Shown piece by piece: positions 18,535-28,677 of a stretch of DNA of 64,000 nucleotides. How positions within the stretch are numbered: the first letter of the stretch is position 1; every line of letters begins with the position of its first letter. Origin of the DNA: an uncultured Acidobacteriota bacterium (GTDB lineage Bacteria; Acidobacteriota; Thermoanaerobaculia; Gp7-AA8). The stretch spans positions 1,120,001-1,184,000 of the forward strand of contig CAVUKB010000005.1 in the NCBI GenBank assembly GCA_963741955.1, written 5' to 3'. Position numbers and translations under genes: made by a program. Below the pieces are notes generated by a model. It had not been told where the DNA came from. It searched no databases and saw nothing but the letters and a program-made list of their open reading frames with translations.

Positions 18535-19635
18535 ATGCATCGAATCGCGCTCGGCACACTTCTCGCGACCGCGCTGCTGTCGGGCTGCAGACACAATGCT
18601 GCGGAAGAGACGAAGCCGGAGGCGGTCCTGCTCGGCCCGGAAGATACGGCCGTCGCTTCCGTAGAGAGCTTCTCGACCGGTCCCAAATTGACCGGCACGC
18701 TGACGGCCGCAACTCAGGCCGTCATCCGTGCGCAGATCGGCGGCACAGTCACCGACGTCTCCGCGCAACAGGGAGAGAGCGTGCGCGCGGATCAGCTTCT
18801 CGCGCGCATTCAGAATGCCGCGGCTGCCGAAGGGGCACAGTCGGCCACCGCCGCAGTGACCAACGCCCGCAACAACCTGCAGAACGCACTGAACGAGCTT
18901 GGGCGGCAGCGCGAGCTCTACAAAGCCGGAATCGTCTCCAGGCGTGACCTCGACAACGCCGGGCAGAACGTGAGCGCGGCTCGTTCCATGGTCAAGCAGG
19001 CCGAGAGCCAGGCGGCCTCGGCGCAGCAACAGGTCGGATACACCGCCGTCCGTTCCCCGATCCAGGGAGTGGTGAGTGAAAAGGGCGTCTCTACCGGCGA
19101 CGTGGTTCAGCCGGGCTCCGCTCTCTTCACCGTGATCGACCCATCCAGTCTTCAGCTCGAAGCATCGATCCCCACGTCCCAGCTCTCGCAGATCTCGGTC
19201 GGCCAGCCGGTGGAGTTCACCGTCAACGGCTATCCGAACCGCGCCTTCACCGGAAAGATCGCACGCATCAATCCGGTAGCCGATCCTTCCACCCGTGAGG
19301 TGCGCGTCTACGCGGAAGTTCCGAACCGGGAGCGCGTGCTCGTGAGCGGACTCTATGCGGAAGGACGGGTACGCGCCGATTCGCGCAAAGCTCTCGTGAT
19401 TCCCGATTCCGCCATCGACCGCAGCATGCAACAGCCGGCGGTGATGGCGGTGCAGAACGGCCGGGTCACACGCATCGAGGTGAAGCTCGGCGCGAAAGAC
19501 GAAGCAACCGGTCGAGTCGAGATCCTCAATGGAATTCAGCCCGGACAGGTCGTGCTCACCGGCGCGGCACAGGAGCTCACCCCGGGAACCATCGTCCGGA
19601 TCAAACCTTCGCAAGGCACAGCGAGTCCGGCATGA
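18535..19635 (+). CDS. RND efflux periplasmic adaptor (MFP)
   Basis: LSGC lipobox, lipoyl half-motifs, VRSPIQGVV, INPVADPSTR. Overlaps the RND transporter gene. Confidence 0.92.
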   Translation: MHRIALGTLLATALLSGCRHNAAEETKPEAVLLGPEDTAVASVESFSTGPKLTGTLTAATQAVIRAQIGGTVTDVSAQQGESVRADQLLARIQNAAAAEGAQSATAAVTNARNNLQNALNELGRQRELYKAGIVSRRDLDNAGQNVSAARSMVKQAESQAASAQQQVGYTAVRSPIQGVVSEKGVSTGDVVQPGSALFTVIDPSSLQLEASIPTSQLSQISVGQPVEFTVNGYPNRAFTGKIARINPVADPSTREVRVYAEVPNRERVLVSGLYAEGRVRADSRKALVIPDSAIDRSMQQPAVMAVQNGRVTRIEVKLGAKDEATGRVEILNGIQPGQVVLTGAAQELTPGTIVRIKPSQGTASPA

Positions 19636-22600
19636 TCATCTCGGACTCCGCCATTCGCCGGCCGGTCGTCACGATCGTGGCCATGCTCATCCTCGTGGTC
19701 TTCGGACTCTATGCGCTCTCGAAGCTCGAAGTCGACGAGTATCCCGACATCGCCGCACCGGTGGTCTTCGTCGCCGTTCCTTATCCCGGCGCCTCCCCGG
19801 AGCAGGTCGAGCGCGACGTGACGGATCCTCTCGAGGAGCAGTTCAACGCGATTCCGGGAGTGAAGAAGATCACTTCGACCTCCACCGACGGTTTCGCCCA
19901 GATCATCGTCGAGTTCATCTACAGCAAGAATCCCGATCAGGGAGCTCAGGACATCCGCGACGCGATCTCCTCGCAGCGGAACAATCTCCCGACGGAGATG
20001 AAGGAGCCGATCATTCGGAAGTTCGATCCGAATGACCAGCCGATCGTCTCCCTCGTTCTTTCGTCGCCCACGAAAACCCCCGCGGAGTTGACCATGCTCG
20101 CCGATCCGGGCATCACCCGGCAGCTCCAGGGGATCAATGGCGTCGCCGAGGTGCGAGTCCTCGGCAACGTGGACCGTGAGATCTCGATCGAGATCCGTCC
20201 CGACGACCTCGCGGCAAAAGGAGTGAGCGTTGCGCAGGTCGTGCAGGCGGTAGAGGCGCAGAACCTCTCCGCTCCGGTCGGCCGGGTGATCGGTTCGACC
20301 ACGGAAGAATCGATCCGGCTGAAGGGCCGGCTCGAGAACCCCGAGGATTTCTCGCAGGTGGTGATCGCCACGAGGAACGGACAGGTGGTCCGGCTGGGCG
20401 AGGTCGCAGACGTGATCGACGGTCATGCAGAGCAGCGCTCCGCGGCGTACTTCAACGGGAAGCGCGCGGTCGGGATCGACATCACCCGGACCAAGGGAGT
20501 GAGCACGACTCGGGTGTCGGATGCGGTGAAGGCTGCGGTGGCGAAGATCCAGAAGGGACTCCCGGCGGGAGTGAAGCTCGAGGTGGTTCGCGATGCGGGA
20601 GAGCGCGTGCGCCACTCCGTCTCCAATGTCGAAGAGGCCCTGATCGAAGGCGCGCTCCTGACCGTGCTGGTGGTCTTTCTTTTCCTCAACTCGTGGCGGT
20701 CGACGGTGATCACCGGACTCGCCCTCCCGGTCTCGGTGATCTCGGCGTTCATCGCCGTGCTCGCCTTCGGATTCACTCTGAACACCATGTCGCTGCTCGG
20801 GCTCTCACTGGCGATAGGAATCCTCATCGATGATGCGATCGTGGTGCGGGAGAACATCGTGCGTCACGTGGAGATGGGAGAGGACCACGTCACGGCGTCT
20901 CATCGCGGAACGGACGAGATCGGCCTCGCCGTCGCCGCGACGACTTTCTCCATCGTGGCGGTGTTCGTTCCCGTCGCGTTCATGGGAGGGATGGCCGGAC
21001 AATGGTTCAAACCGTTTGCTCTGACCATCGCCTGTGCAGTACTGGTCTCGCTCTTCGTCTCCTTTTCGCTCGATCCGATGCTCTCGGCGTTCTGGCCCGA
21101 CCCCGAGCTGGAAGAGGGAGCGCATCGCAACCCGATCTCGCGAGCGCTCGACCGCTTCAACCGCTGGTTCGACCGGATGGCCGATCGCTACAAGGGAGTG
21201 ATTGCCTGGGCTCTCGACCACCGGCTATTGATGGCGATCATCGTGACCGGATCGTTCATCGGAGCGATCGTCCTGCAGGCGTGGCTCGGCGGTGCAGGGT
21301 TCGTCCCCAGGAGCGACCGGAGTGAATTGAGTGTGTCGTTCAAGACTCTTCCCGGATCGAATCTCCATTACACGTCGCTCAAGGCGGCGGAGATCGCGGC
21401 GACGATCCGGCGGCATCCGGAGGTGGACTACACGTACACCACGATCGGAGGAAGTGAGACGAGCGGCGCCGGCGTCGACGAAGGGAGCGTCTACGTCCGT
21501 CTGGTGCCGAAGGCCGACCGTGCGATGTCCCAGAGCGAGATCTCGAATCGCATCCGGGAGGAGGTCGACAGAATCGGCGGCGTCGAAACGTCCATCGGCA
21601 ACGGAGGCCCGGGAGGCGGCGGCAAGCAGATTCAGGTCGAGATCCGCGGCAACGACCTCGCCACTCTGCAGCGCGTCGCGCAACGGGTCGAGGGAATCGC
21701 GTCGAGGGTTCCGGGCGCGAAGGACGTAGACCTCTCCACGCGCGGACAGAAACCGGAGATCGTGATCGACGTGAACCGCGGACTCGCCGGATCGCTCGGG
21801 GTCAACGTCGCGGAGATCGCGCAGTCGCTGCGGCCGGCGTTCGCCGGAGTGAAGGCAGGCGACTGGGTCGACCCGAATGGTGAGACCCGTGACGTGACCG
21901 TGCGACTCGTCTCCGGAGCCCGGACCAGTCCCACCGATCTCGCCGAGCTACCTCTGACGGTCCAGCGCGCGCCGGCGGCCCCCGCCACCGCGGGCCCCGG
22001 AAGTGCGGGCATCGGCAGCGCGGCAGCTTTCCCTTCCACCCTCCCGCTCGGGCAGATCGCCGAGATCCACACCGCGCTCGGTCCTTCGCAGATCGATCAC
22101 CTCGATCGTGAGAAGGTGATCACGGTCGGCGCGAACGTCACCGGGCAGTCGCTCTCCGAGGTCTCGCGCGCGATCAACTCACGCGTGTCGAAGCTCACGC
22201 TGCCGGCCGGCGTGTCGGTCGGACAGGGAGGCGAGGTCGAAAGCCAGGGTGAAGTCTTCAGCGGGATCTTCAAGGCTCTCGCGCTCGCGATTCTCCTGAT
22301 GTACTTCATCCTGGTGATCCAGTTCGGTTCGTTCCTCGATCCGGTCGCGATCCTGATCTCCCTCCCTCTCTCGCTGATCGGTGTCGTCCTCGCACTCCTC
22401 GTCACTGCAGATACGCTGAACATCATGAGTCTGATCGGGGTGATGCTGCTGATGGGAATCGTGACCAAGAACGCGATTCTCCTGATCGACTTCGCGAAAT
22501 GGCGCCACCAGAGCGGCATGCCGCTCCGCGAAGCACTGATCGAAGCGGGACGGGTCCGGCTTCGCCCGATTCTGATGACCACACTCGCGCTGATCGCCGG

Positions 22601-22862
22601 CATGATCCCGGTCGCCCTCGGGATCGGCGAAGGCGCGGATTTCCGCGCCCCTCTCGGCCGGGCCGTGATCGGGGGCGTGATCACGTCGACACTCCTGACG
22701 CTCCTGGTCATCCCCACCATCTACGAGGTCCTTTCGGAGTGGAGAGAAAAGTTCACCGCGCGCTTCCACCGCCACCCTGAGCCGGAGCCCGCGCAGGCGG
22801 TTCCCGCAATCCAGTTCACGCACGAGCGGAGGAAGCGTGAGCGCCGTCGCGGACAGCGCTGA
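19632..22862 (+). CDS. RND efflux transporter, AcrB/AcrD/AcrF family
   Basis: AIRRPV, GILIDDAIVVRENI, GIVTKNAILLIDF, RLRPILMTT. 1076 aa with two TM bundles. Confidence 0.95.
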   Translation: MIISDSAIRRPVVTIVAMLILVVFGLYALSKLEVDEYPDIAAPVVFVAVPYPGASPEQVERDVTDPLEEQFNAIPGVKKITSTSTDGFAQIIVEFIYSKNPDQGAQDIRDAISSQRNNLPTEMKEPIIRKFDPNDQPIVSLVLSSPTKTPAELTMLADPGITRQLQGINGVAEVRVLGNVDREISIEIRPDDLAAKGVSVAQVVQAVEAQNLSAPVGRVIGSTTEESIRLKGRLENPEDFSQVVIATRNGQVVRLGEVADVIDGHAEQRSAAYFNGKRAVGIDITRTKGVSTTRVSDAVKAAVAKIQKGLPAGVKLEVVRDAGERVRHSVSNVEEALIEGALLTVLVVFLFLNSWRSTVITGLALPVSVISAFIAVLAFGFTLNTMSLLGLSLAIGILIDDAIVVRENIVRHVEMGEDHVTASHRGTDEIGLAVAATTFSIVAVFVPVAFMGGMAGQWFKPFALTIACAVLVSLFVSFSLDPMLSAFWPDPELEEGAHRNPISRALDRFNRWFDRMADRYKGVIAWALDHRLLMAIIVTGSFIGAIVLQAWLGGAGFVPRSDRSELSVSFKTLPGSNLHYTSLKAAEIAATIRRHPEVDYTYTTIGGSETSGAGVDEGSVYVRLVPKADRAMSQSEISNRIREEVDRIGGVETSIGNGGPGGGGKQIQVEIRGNDLATLQRVAQRVEGIASRVPGAKDVDLSTRGQKPEIVIDVNRGLAGSLGVNVAEIAQSLRPAFAGVKAGDWVDPNGETRDVTVRLVSGARTSPTDLAELPLTVQRAPAAPATAGPGSAGIGSAAAFPSTLPLGQIAEIHTALGPSQIDHLDREKVITVGANVTGQSLSEVSRAINSRVSKLTLPAGVSVGQGGEVESQGEVFSGIFKALALAILLMYFILVIQFGSFLDPVAILISLPLSLIGVVLALLVTADTLNIMSLIGVMLLMGIVTKNAILLIDFAKWRHQSGMPLREALIEAGRVRLRPILMTTLALIAGMIPVALGIGEGADFRAPLGRAVIGGVITSTLLTLLVIPTIYEVLSEWREKFTARFHRHPEPEPAQAVPAIQFTHERRKRERRRGQR

Positions 22863-23102
22863 CAGCGCTGACGTCAATACGGATTCGTCACGCCGCCTCG
22901 TCGCGAGGAGATGGAGAGTCGCCTGAATCAAAGGCCCGCGCAGCTTCGGCGACGAGGCCGCAGTGGTGACCATGTCGAGGAGCGGATGACAGCCTCGATC
23001 GTTCACGGGGCTTCCACTGCGCGAAATCCCGCGAACACTCCGGTCCAGGAAGCTTGCGCGGCAGAGACGGCGTGAGAAATCGGGGGCAAAGCAGGTTCTT
23101 CC

Positions 23103-23131
23103 TTGACGCGTGCGCCCACCGCGAAGAGAAT
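23103..23131 (+). promoter_or_regulatory. Sigma70-like promoter of the MoxR operon
   Basis: TTGACG-N17-GAGAAT, ~15 nt before GTG 23146. Confidence 0.5.
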
Positions 23132-23145
23132 CCAATGAAATCTCT

Positions 23146-23427
23146 GTGAATACGGCCACTATCTCTCCACGTCTTTGCATCCATCATCCGGATCGACCGG
23201 CACAGGCCCGGTGTATGCGGTGCGGGAGCTCCATCTGTCAGGAGTGTGCGACGCAATGGGAGGGAATCAACTACTGCGCTTCATGTCTCGGTGAGATTCG
23301 CCATCCGTCCGCAGGGAATTCCTCCGCGCGAGGATGGATCGCGCTGTCACTCACCGGTCTCCTTCTCTTCGCAGCCCTCCTCTGGCTCCGCGTCTGGATG
23401 GGCGTACTCGTGGCGGCACTCCGGTGA
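23146..23427 (+). CDS. Small B-box-like zinc-finger membrane protein
   Basis: CIHHP...CMRCGSSICQEC...YCASC, then one TM helix. Confidence 0.75.
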   Translation: MNTATISPRLCIHHPDRPAQARCMRCGSSICQECATQWEGINYCASCLGEIRHPSAGNSSARGWIALSLTGLLLFAALLWLRVWMGVLVAALR

Positions 23428-24263
23428 GCGATCGCTCCCACTCCACGTCGTCCGTGCTCAATGATGCAGCGGTTCTGGTCCGGAGGATCGCCGCTCCATG
23501 GGCGGCAGTCGTTACCCTGACCTCTCTTCCTGCCGTAGTGCTCTGGATCCTCTTCTGGAGTGAACTTTTCGAGCTTGGCTCCGACGCTTCGCACTACACC
23601 GGATCTCTCCTGAAGCTCTCAGCGGCACTCGGCGCAGCCGCACTGCTGCAGTCGTGGGGGCGAATGGTGTTCGTCCATGCCTGCAGAGTGAGTCGCGACG
23701 AGGAGCGCATCGCTGGCTACGCCGCCTTTCGCCTTCCCCTTGCGGGGACTTTCGATTACCTCGTCCTCGCGTTGCTCATCGAGCTCGCTCAGTACGCCCT
23801 CCTTCCGGCCGTCGTGACGATCCCCATCCTGGCGATCTTCTCCGGCCTCGCAGCCGGCGCCTCGACGCTGTTCAAAGAGCCCGGACTGATTCGTTCTTTG
23901 CGCCTCCTCGCACGCTTCACGGCGAAGAGCCGGATCATTGCCGCAGCGAGCGCCGTGCTCGCGCTCGGAATCCTTCTCTGCTGGATCAACCTCTTCGTCT
24001 TCTCGAGAGCCGCAATCTCCCTCGCTGCCACGGTCGGACTGATCGATCGCGCCTCCTGGGCGGCGGTATTCAGCCCCTCCAATCCTTTCCTTCTGATGGT
24101 GCTGTTCGGAGCGAGTCTCCTCGCGGTTCAACCGTTCTGGCTGGCCGCGAACGTGGTTCATGTCGACCAGCTTCGCGATGCGGAGAGCGGCGATGATCTT
24201 CGAGTCTGGTTTCGCGAGATCTCCCGCGAGATCGACCAGACCTCCAGGGAGATCGCATCGTGA
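23424..24263 (+). CDS. Integral membrane protein
   Basis: About six hydrophobic segments. GTGA overlaps with both neighbours. Confidence 0.75.
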   Translation: MSDRSHSTSSVLNDAAVLVRRIAAPWAAVVTLTSLPAVVLWILFWSELFELGSDASHYTGSLLKLSAALGAAALLQSWGRMVFVHACRVSRDEERIAGYAAFRLPLAGTFDYLVLALLIELAQYALLPAVVTIPILAIFSGLAAGASTLFKEPGLIRSLRLLARFTAKSRIIAAASAVLALGILLCWINLFVFSRAAISLAATVGLIDRASWAAVFSPSNPFLLMVLFGASLLAVQPFWLAANVVHVDQLRDAESGDDLRVWFREISREIDQTSREIAS

Positions 24264-25297
24264 AACGGATCGCGATCGTCCTCACGATGGTGTTCGTCAC
24301 CGGGATGGCGGCCACGCTCCAGGCGGCGATGCCGCTCGAACAGTACGTCACGGCTCTTCAGCAGATCCGCTCCGCTCTCCTTGCGGGGAATATCGAAGCG
24401 GCGCAGAAGACCGCGAGATCGATCCGCAACCGCAGAGTTGCTGCAGTCCGCGGCGAGTTCGCCGCCGACGAATCGCTGCTCCAGCCTCTGTTCGCCGAGC
24501 GACCGAAGGTATCGATGATCGTCCGCAGGATCGAGACGACGGTCGATGCTCTCACCGCGGCGGAGCCGCCGGCAACGGTCGTCATCGATCCGCAGCTTCT
24601 CTCGCGGATCCGCGCGGAAGATGCGTCGAGAGATCCACGAGCCGGCGGTCCGGAAATGCCTCGACCGGCGCTCGATCAGAAGTCTTCTCTCGAACACCTC
24701 GGAGAGCGGCTCGCCGCTCTCTGGGACGAGGTCACTGATCTCCTGGAGAGATTCTTCCGCTGGATTGCGCGCCTCTGGCCCCATCGGCAATCCACCGATT
24801 CCACGGCGGATGAAGGGTTTCCCTGGATCGTCGCTGCGGTCGTCGGCCTGATCCTGATCGCGATTCTCACCCTCGCGATCGGAGCGTGGCGGCGCGTCGG
24901 TCGCACCGCAGGAGAGATCATCGATTCCGATCCACTGCCGGCGGGGGCCCATGATGACGATCCGATGTCGAGAGAAGCGAACGAGTGGGAGCGCTATGCC
25001 GACGAGCTGGCGGGAAAACGACGTTTTCGCGAGGCGATTCGCGCCTGGTATCACGCCATTCTCGTCGCGCAGTGCCGCGCAGGGCTCCTCACCTACCGCA
25101 AGGGACGGACGAATTGGGAGTACGTCGCAGCTCTCTCTCACACCGTGCCGTGGCGTACTTCGTTCGCCGAAATGACCCGCGACTTCGAGCACGAGTGGTA
25201 CGGACAAACCGAGAGCGAGGAACACGTGCTCGAAACGTATGGGCGTGAGGCTCGGAGCCTGCTGCGCGCTCTCCGCAGTCGGACGGAGGCGGCATGA
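24260..25297 (+). CDS. DUF4129-domain membrane protein
   Basis: Signal peptide, TM helix, FREAIRAWY...GRTNWEY...FEHEWYG. Confidence 0.82.
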   Translation: MKRIAIVLTMVFVTGMAATLQAAMPLEQYVTALQQIRSALLAGNIEAAQKTARSIRNRRVAAVRGEFAADESLLQPLFAERPKVSMIVRRIETTVDALTAAEPPATVVIDPQLLSRIRAEDASRDPRAGGPEMPRPALDQKSSLEHLGERLAALWDEVTDLLERFFRWIARLWPHRQSTDSTADEGFPWIVAAVVGLILIAILTLAIGAWRRVGRTAGEIIDSDPLPAGAHDDDPMSREANEWERYADELAGKRRFREAIRAWYHAILVAQCRAGLLTYRKGRTNWEYVAALSHTVPWRTSFAEMTRDFEHEWYGQTESEEHVLETYGREARSLLRALRSRTEAA

Positions 25298-26427
25298 TCC
25301 GGCACCGCTGGCTGATCCTCGTGACGACCGGAGCGTTGACGCTTCTCCTGCTGGTCGTCCTGATCTGGACGCGCTCGCCGTTGCGCGAAGGATTCGGACC
25401 CGGCTCCTCGATGAGCCGTTCGCCGGATGGGCTCTCCCAGGCGGCAGCGTATCTCCGGCGGAGCGGATCGCAGGTCGGCATGCTCAGTCAGCCCATCGAT
25501 CCGATCTGGATCGAGCCGGATGCGGTGGTGCTGCGAATTCTTCCCGCGGTGAACCAGCTGCTGCAGCGGGACCCGGCCGGGGGTGACGAGCCGGTGACCG
25601 CGCCCGGTGTCATCCTCACCGCTGCCGAGAACGCATGGGTCGCACGGGGCGGACGACTGATTCTCGGAATCGCGCAGGACTATGGAGCGGTCGCGGTGCG
25701 CGGGCTCTCCTCGCCAGCGCCGGTCATCCGCTCGTTTCCGCTCTGGCCGTCGGTGCACGGCGTCGAACCTGCTCCACAGGGTTACCTGGACGGGTCGGGG
25801 CTCGCGCGTACCCACACGATCCTCCTCTCCGACGGACATCCGGTCCTGGTGCGGGCTCCCCTCGGCCGCGGTGATGTGATCCTCTTCTCACTACCCGAGG
25901 CATTCGAGAATCAGCACCTGGCGAAGGCGGACAATCTGGCTCTTCTGGTCGAGCTCACCGGAGGACGGCCGGTCTATTTCGACGAATTCGCCCACGGCGT
26001 CTCGGCTGGAAACGGCATTGCCGAGCTTCTGACCGTCTGGAATCTCGGGCCGCTCCTCGTCCTCCTCGTCATCGCCGCGATCCTGAGTGCATGGCGGAGG
26101 GGAACGCGTATCGGGCGTCCCGACGACCGGACGCGTGATTCACGCTCCGAAGCCGTCGACATGGTCGACTCCCTCGCGATTCTCTACGATCGCGCACTTC
26201 GCCACGACGAGGCTCTGGTTCTTTACAGGCGGCATCTCGAACACACCATTTCGATCCGAACCGGCGCTCGAGGATCCGAGCTCGCGGATCGGGTGGCCAG
26301 ACTGACCGATGGTGAGCAGGTGACAGCAGGCCGCAGCGGCCCTGATATGAGCAGCTCTCGTTTTCACCAGCTTCTTGCTCTACTGAATAGCGCTTTCCGG
26401 AGGATTGAGGATGCAAAACGTCGCTGA
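25294..26427 (+). CDS. DUF4350-domain protein
   Basis: N-terminal TM, WVARGGRLIL, GRGDVIL, FENQHL, FDEFAHG. Canonical position before moxR. Confidence 0.78.
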   Translation: MIRHRWLILVTTGALTLLLLVVLIWTRSPLREGFGPGSSMSRSPDGLSQAAAYLRRSGSQVGMLSQPIDPIWIEPDAVVLRILPAVNQLLQRDPAGGDEPVTAPGVILTAAENAWVARGGRLILGIAQDYGAVAVRGLSSPAPVIRSFPLWPSVHGVEPAPQGYLDGSGLARTHTILLSDGHPVLVRAPLGRGDVILFSLPEAFENQHLAKADNLALLVELTGGRPVYFDEFAHGVSAGNGIAELLTVWNLGPLLVLLVIAAILSAWRRGTRIGRPDDRTRDSRSEAVDMVDSLAILYDRALRHDEALVLYRRHLEHTISIRTGARGSELADRVARLTDGEQVTAGRSGPDMSSSRFHQLLALLNSAFRRIEDAKRR

Positions 26428-27373
26428 GATCGCGCACCGTTTCCAGGCACTTCGAGAGCAGCTCGACCGGGTGATTCTCGGCCAGGAGAAGGTGAAGGAA
26501 CAGATGATCGTCTGTCTCCTCGCGGGAGGCCATGCCCTCCTGGAAGGTGTTCCCGGAACGGGAAAGACGCTTCTGGCTCTGACGCTCTCCAGACTCGTCT
26601 CCTGCAGATTCCGGAGGATTCAGTTCACTCCCGACCTGATGCCGGCCGATCTTCTGGGAGCGAACATCTTCAACCAGAAGAGCCAGGAGTTCGTCTTCCG
26701 TGCCGGCCCAATCTTCACCGACATCCTGCTGGCGGACGAGATCAACCGGACACCTCCCCGGACGCAGGCGGCGCTGCTCGAGTCGATGCAGGAGAACGCC
26801 GTCACGCTCGACGGAGTGAGGCGCCGCATCTCCCCGGTCTTCACGGTCCTCGCCACTCAGAACCCGGTGGAGTTCGAAGGGACGTACCCTCTTCCCGAGG
26901 CACAGCGGGACCGATTTCTGCTGAAGATCAACATCGACTATCCCGCGAGGGATGACGAGGCGGGGATGCTGTCGGCTTACGCCACGGGGAGGCGACTTCA
27001 CGATGATGTGGTCGGATCGCTCGAACCGGTGATGAGCGGACCCGAACTGCTCCAGGCGCGTCAGTTGGTCGGCCATTCGGTGCGCGCCGAGAACGAAGTG
27101 CAGCGCTACATCCTGCAGATCGTTGGAAGCACTCGGGAGGACGACTCGGTGCAGATCGGAGCCGGACCGCGCGCTTCGCTCGCCCTTCTGGAGAGCTCCC
27201 GCGCCCTCGCGGTTCTGCGCGGTCGCGATTTCGTGATTCCGGACGACGTCAAGGAAATGGCTCCGGCGGTGCTTGCGCATCGGATCACCCTCACTCCCGA
27301 GGCCGAAATGGAAGGCCTGACCCTGGAGGACGTCGTCGGCCGGATCTTCGAAATGGTGGAGGTGCCACGCTGA
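26411..27373 (+). CDS. MoxR-family AAA+ ATPase
   Basis: EGVPGTGKT, RIQFTPDLMPAD, LADEINRTPP, ATQNPVEFEGTYPLPEAQRDRF. Confidence 0.96.
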   Translation: MQNVAEIAHRFQALREQLDRVILGQEKVKEQMIVCLLAGGHALLEGVPGTGKTLLALTLSRLVSCRFRRIQFTPDLMPADLLGANIFNQKSQEFVFRAGPIFTDILLADEINRTPPRTQAALLESMQENAVTLDGVRRRISPVFTVLATQNPVEFEGTYPLPEAQRDRFLLKINIDYPARDDEAGMLSAYATGRRLHDDVVGSLEPVMSGPELLQARQLVGHSVRAENEVQRYILQIVGSTREDDSVQIGAGPRASLALLESSRALAVLRGRDFVIPDDVKEMAPAVLAHRITLTPEAEMEGLTLEDVVGRIFEMVEVPR

Positions 27374-28677
27374 TCCGTCCCGGCGAGCGGCTGGTGCCGC
27401 TCCTGCTGATCGTCGCTGCGGCTTCGCTCGGAGTTCCGCTTCTGCCGGAGCTCGTCTGGCCCCTCGCTGCGGTGCTGCTCGGATTGGTCTTCGCCGCCGC
27501 AGGAGAAGCGACCGTGCTCTCGCGCGTCCGACTGGTTGCCGAGAGGCCGAAGTCCGTGGTGCTCCTGCTCGGGCAACCCGAGACGGTGACGCTGGAGGTC
27601 CGCGGCAGCGGAGCTCGATCGCTCCGTCTGGTGGTCCGCCAGCGCTGGCCGAGACTCCTGCTCGAGAGCTCGACCCGACGGCTGGCGATCTGCCGTCCGA
27701 AAGAAGTTCTGAGCGTTCATTTCCAGGTGCAGGGAGTGCAGCGAGGTTCCGCCCGCATCGAGCGACCGGTGATCGCCTCGACGATCTGGAATCTCGTCGA
27801 ACGGATCACCGAAGTCGGCGACGAGACGGAGCTGAGCGTGATCCCGAATCTCCGGGAAGTTGGAAGACTCCATGCGCGCTTCAATCAGCTCGTCCTTCGC
27901 GGTCTCGGTAGCAGGACCTCGGCCCGCCTCGGCAAGGGGCGGGAGTTCGACCGACTGCGCGATTACGTGCAGGATGACGATCACCGCGACATCGCCTGGA
28001 AAGCGTCGGCCCGGCACGGACGGCTCATCGTGCGGGAGTTCCGGCTGGACCGCTCCCAGGAGATTCTTCTCTGCGTCGATCGCGGTCACCGGATGGCGGC
28101 TCGGGTGGGGCATCTCTCGCGACTCGACCACGCCATCCAGGCGGCCCTGCTGATGGCGTACAGCGGAAACCGGATGGAAGACCGGGTCGGCGTCCTCTCG
28201 TTCGCGGAGGTGGTCGAACAGGGAGTGGCGCCCGGACGCGGCGGAGCACACCTCCGCAGGCTGACCGAATTCACCACCCGCATGGATGCCGCCTACCGTC
28301 ACACCGATTACCTCGCGCTCGCCGCACACCTGCGCCGGCGTCTGCGCCACCGGACGCTGATCATGCTGCTGACGTCTCTTCCGGTCGAGCAGCATCAGAA
28401 CGAGCTCGTACAGGCCGCTGCGATCCTCTCCTCACAGCATCTGATGATCACCATGGCCATGTCCGACCCGGCGCTCGAAGCGGTGGCGGCGATCGAGCCG
28501 TGCGACAGGAAGAGCCTCTGCCGGAATCTCGTCGCGCGCGACATTCTTTTCCGGCAACGAATGCTGATTCGTGAGCTTCGCGGCCGTGGAACGATGGTCG
28601 TCGAGACCACTCCCACGGACGTGGGACTCGACGCAGTGAACGCCTACATCGACGTGAAGAGGAGGCAACTCCTGTGA
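27370..28677 (+). CDS. DUF58 (vWA-like) protein
   Basis: GREFDRLRDYVQDDDHRDIAWKASAR...LIVREF. Probable CTG start overlapping the moxR stop; the alternative is GTG 27394. Confidence 0.9.
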   Translation: MIRPGERLVPLLLIVAAASLGVPLLPELVWPLAAVLLGLVFAAAGEATVLSRVRLVAERPKSVVLLLGQPETVTLEVRGSGARSLRLVVRQRWPRLLLESSTRRLAICRPKEVLSVHFQVQGVQRGSARIERPVIASTIWNLVERITEVGDETELSVIPNLREVGRLHARFNQLVLRGLGSRTSARLGKGREFDRLRDYVQDDDHRDIAWKASARHGRLIVREFRLDRSQEILLCVDRGHRMAARVGHLSRLDHAIQAALLMAYSGNRMEDRVGVLSFAEVVEQGVAPGRGGAHLRRLTEFTTRMDAAYRHTDYLALAAHLRRRLRHRTLIMLLTSLPVEQHQNELVQAAAILSSQHLMITMAMSDPALEAVAAIEPCDRKSLCRNLVARDILFRQRMLIRELRGRGTMVVETTPTDVGLDAVNAYIDVKRRQLL

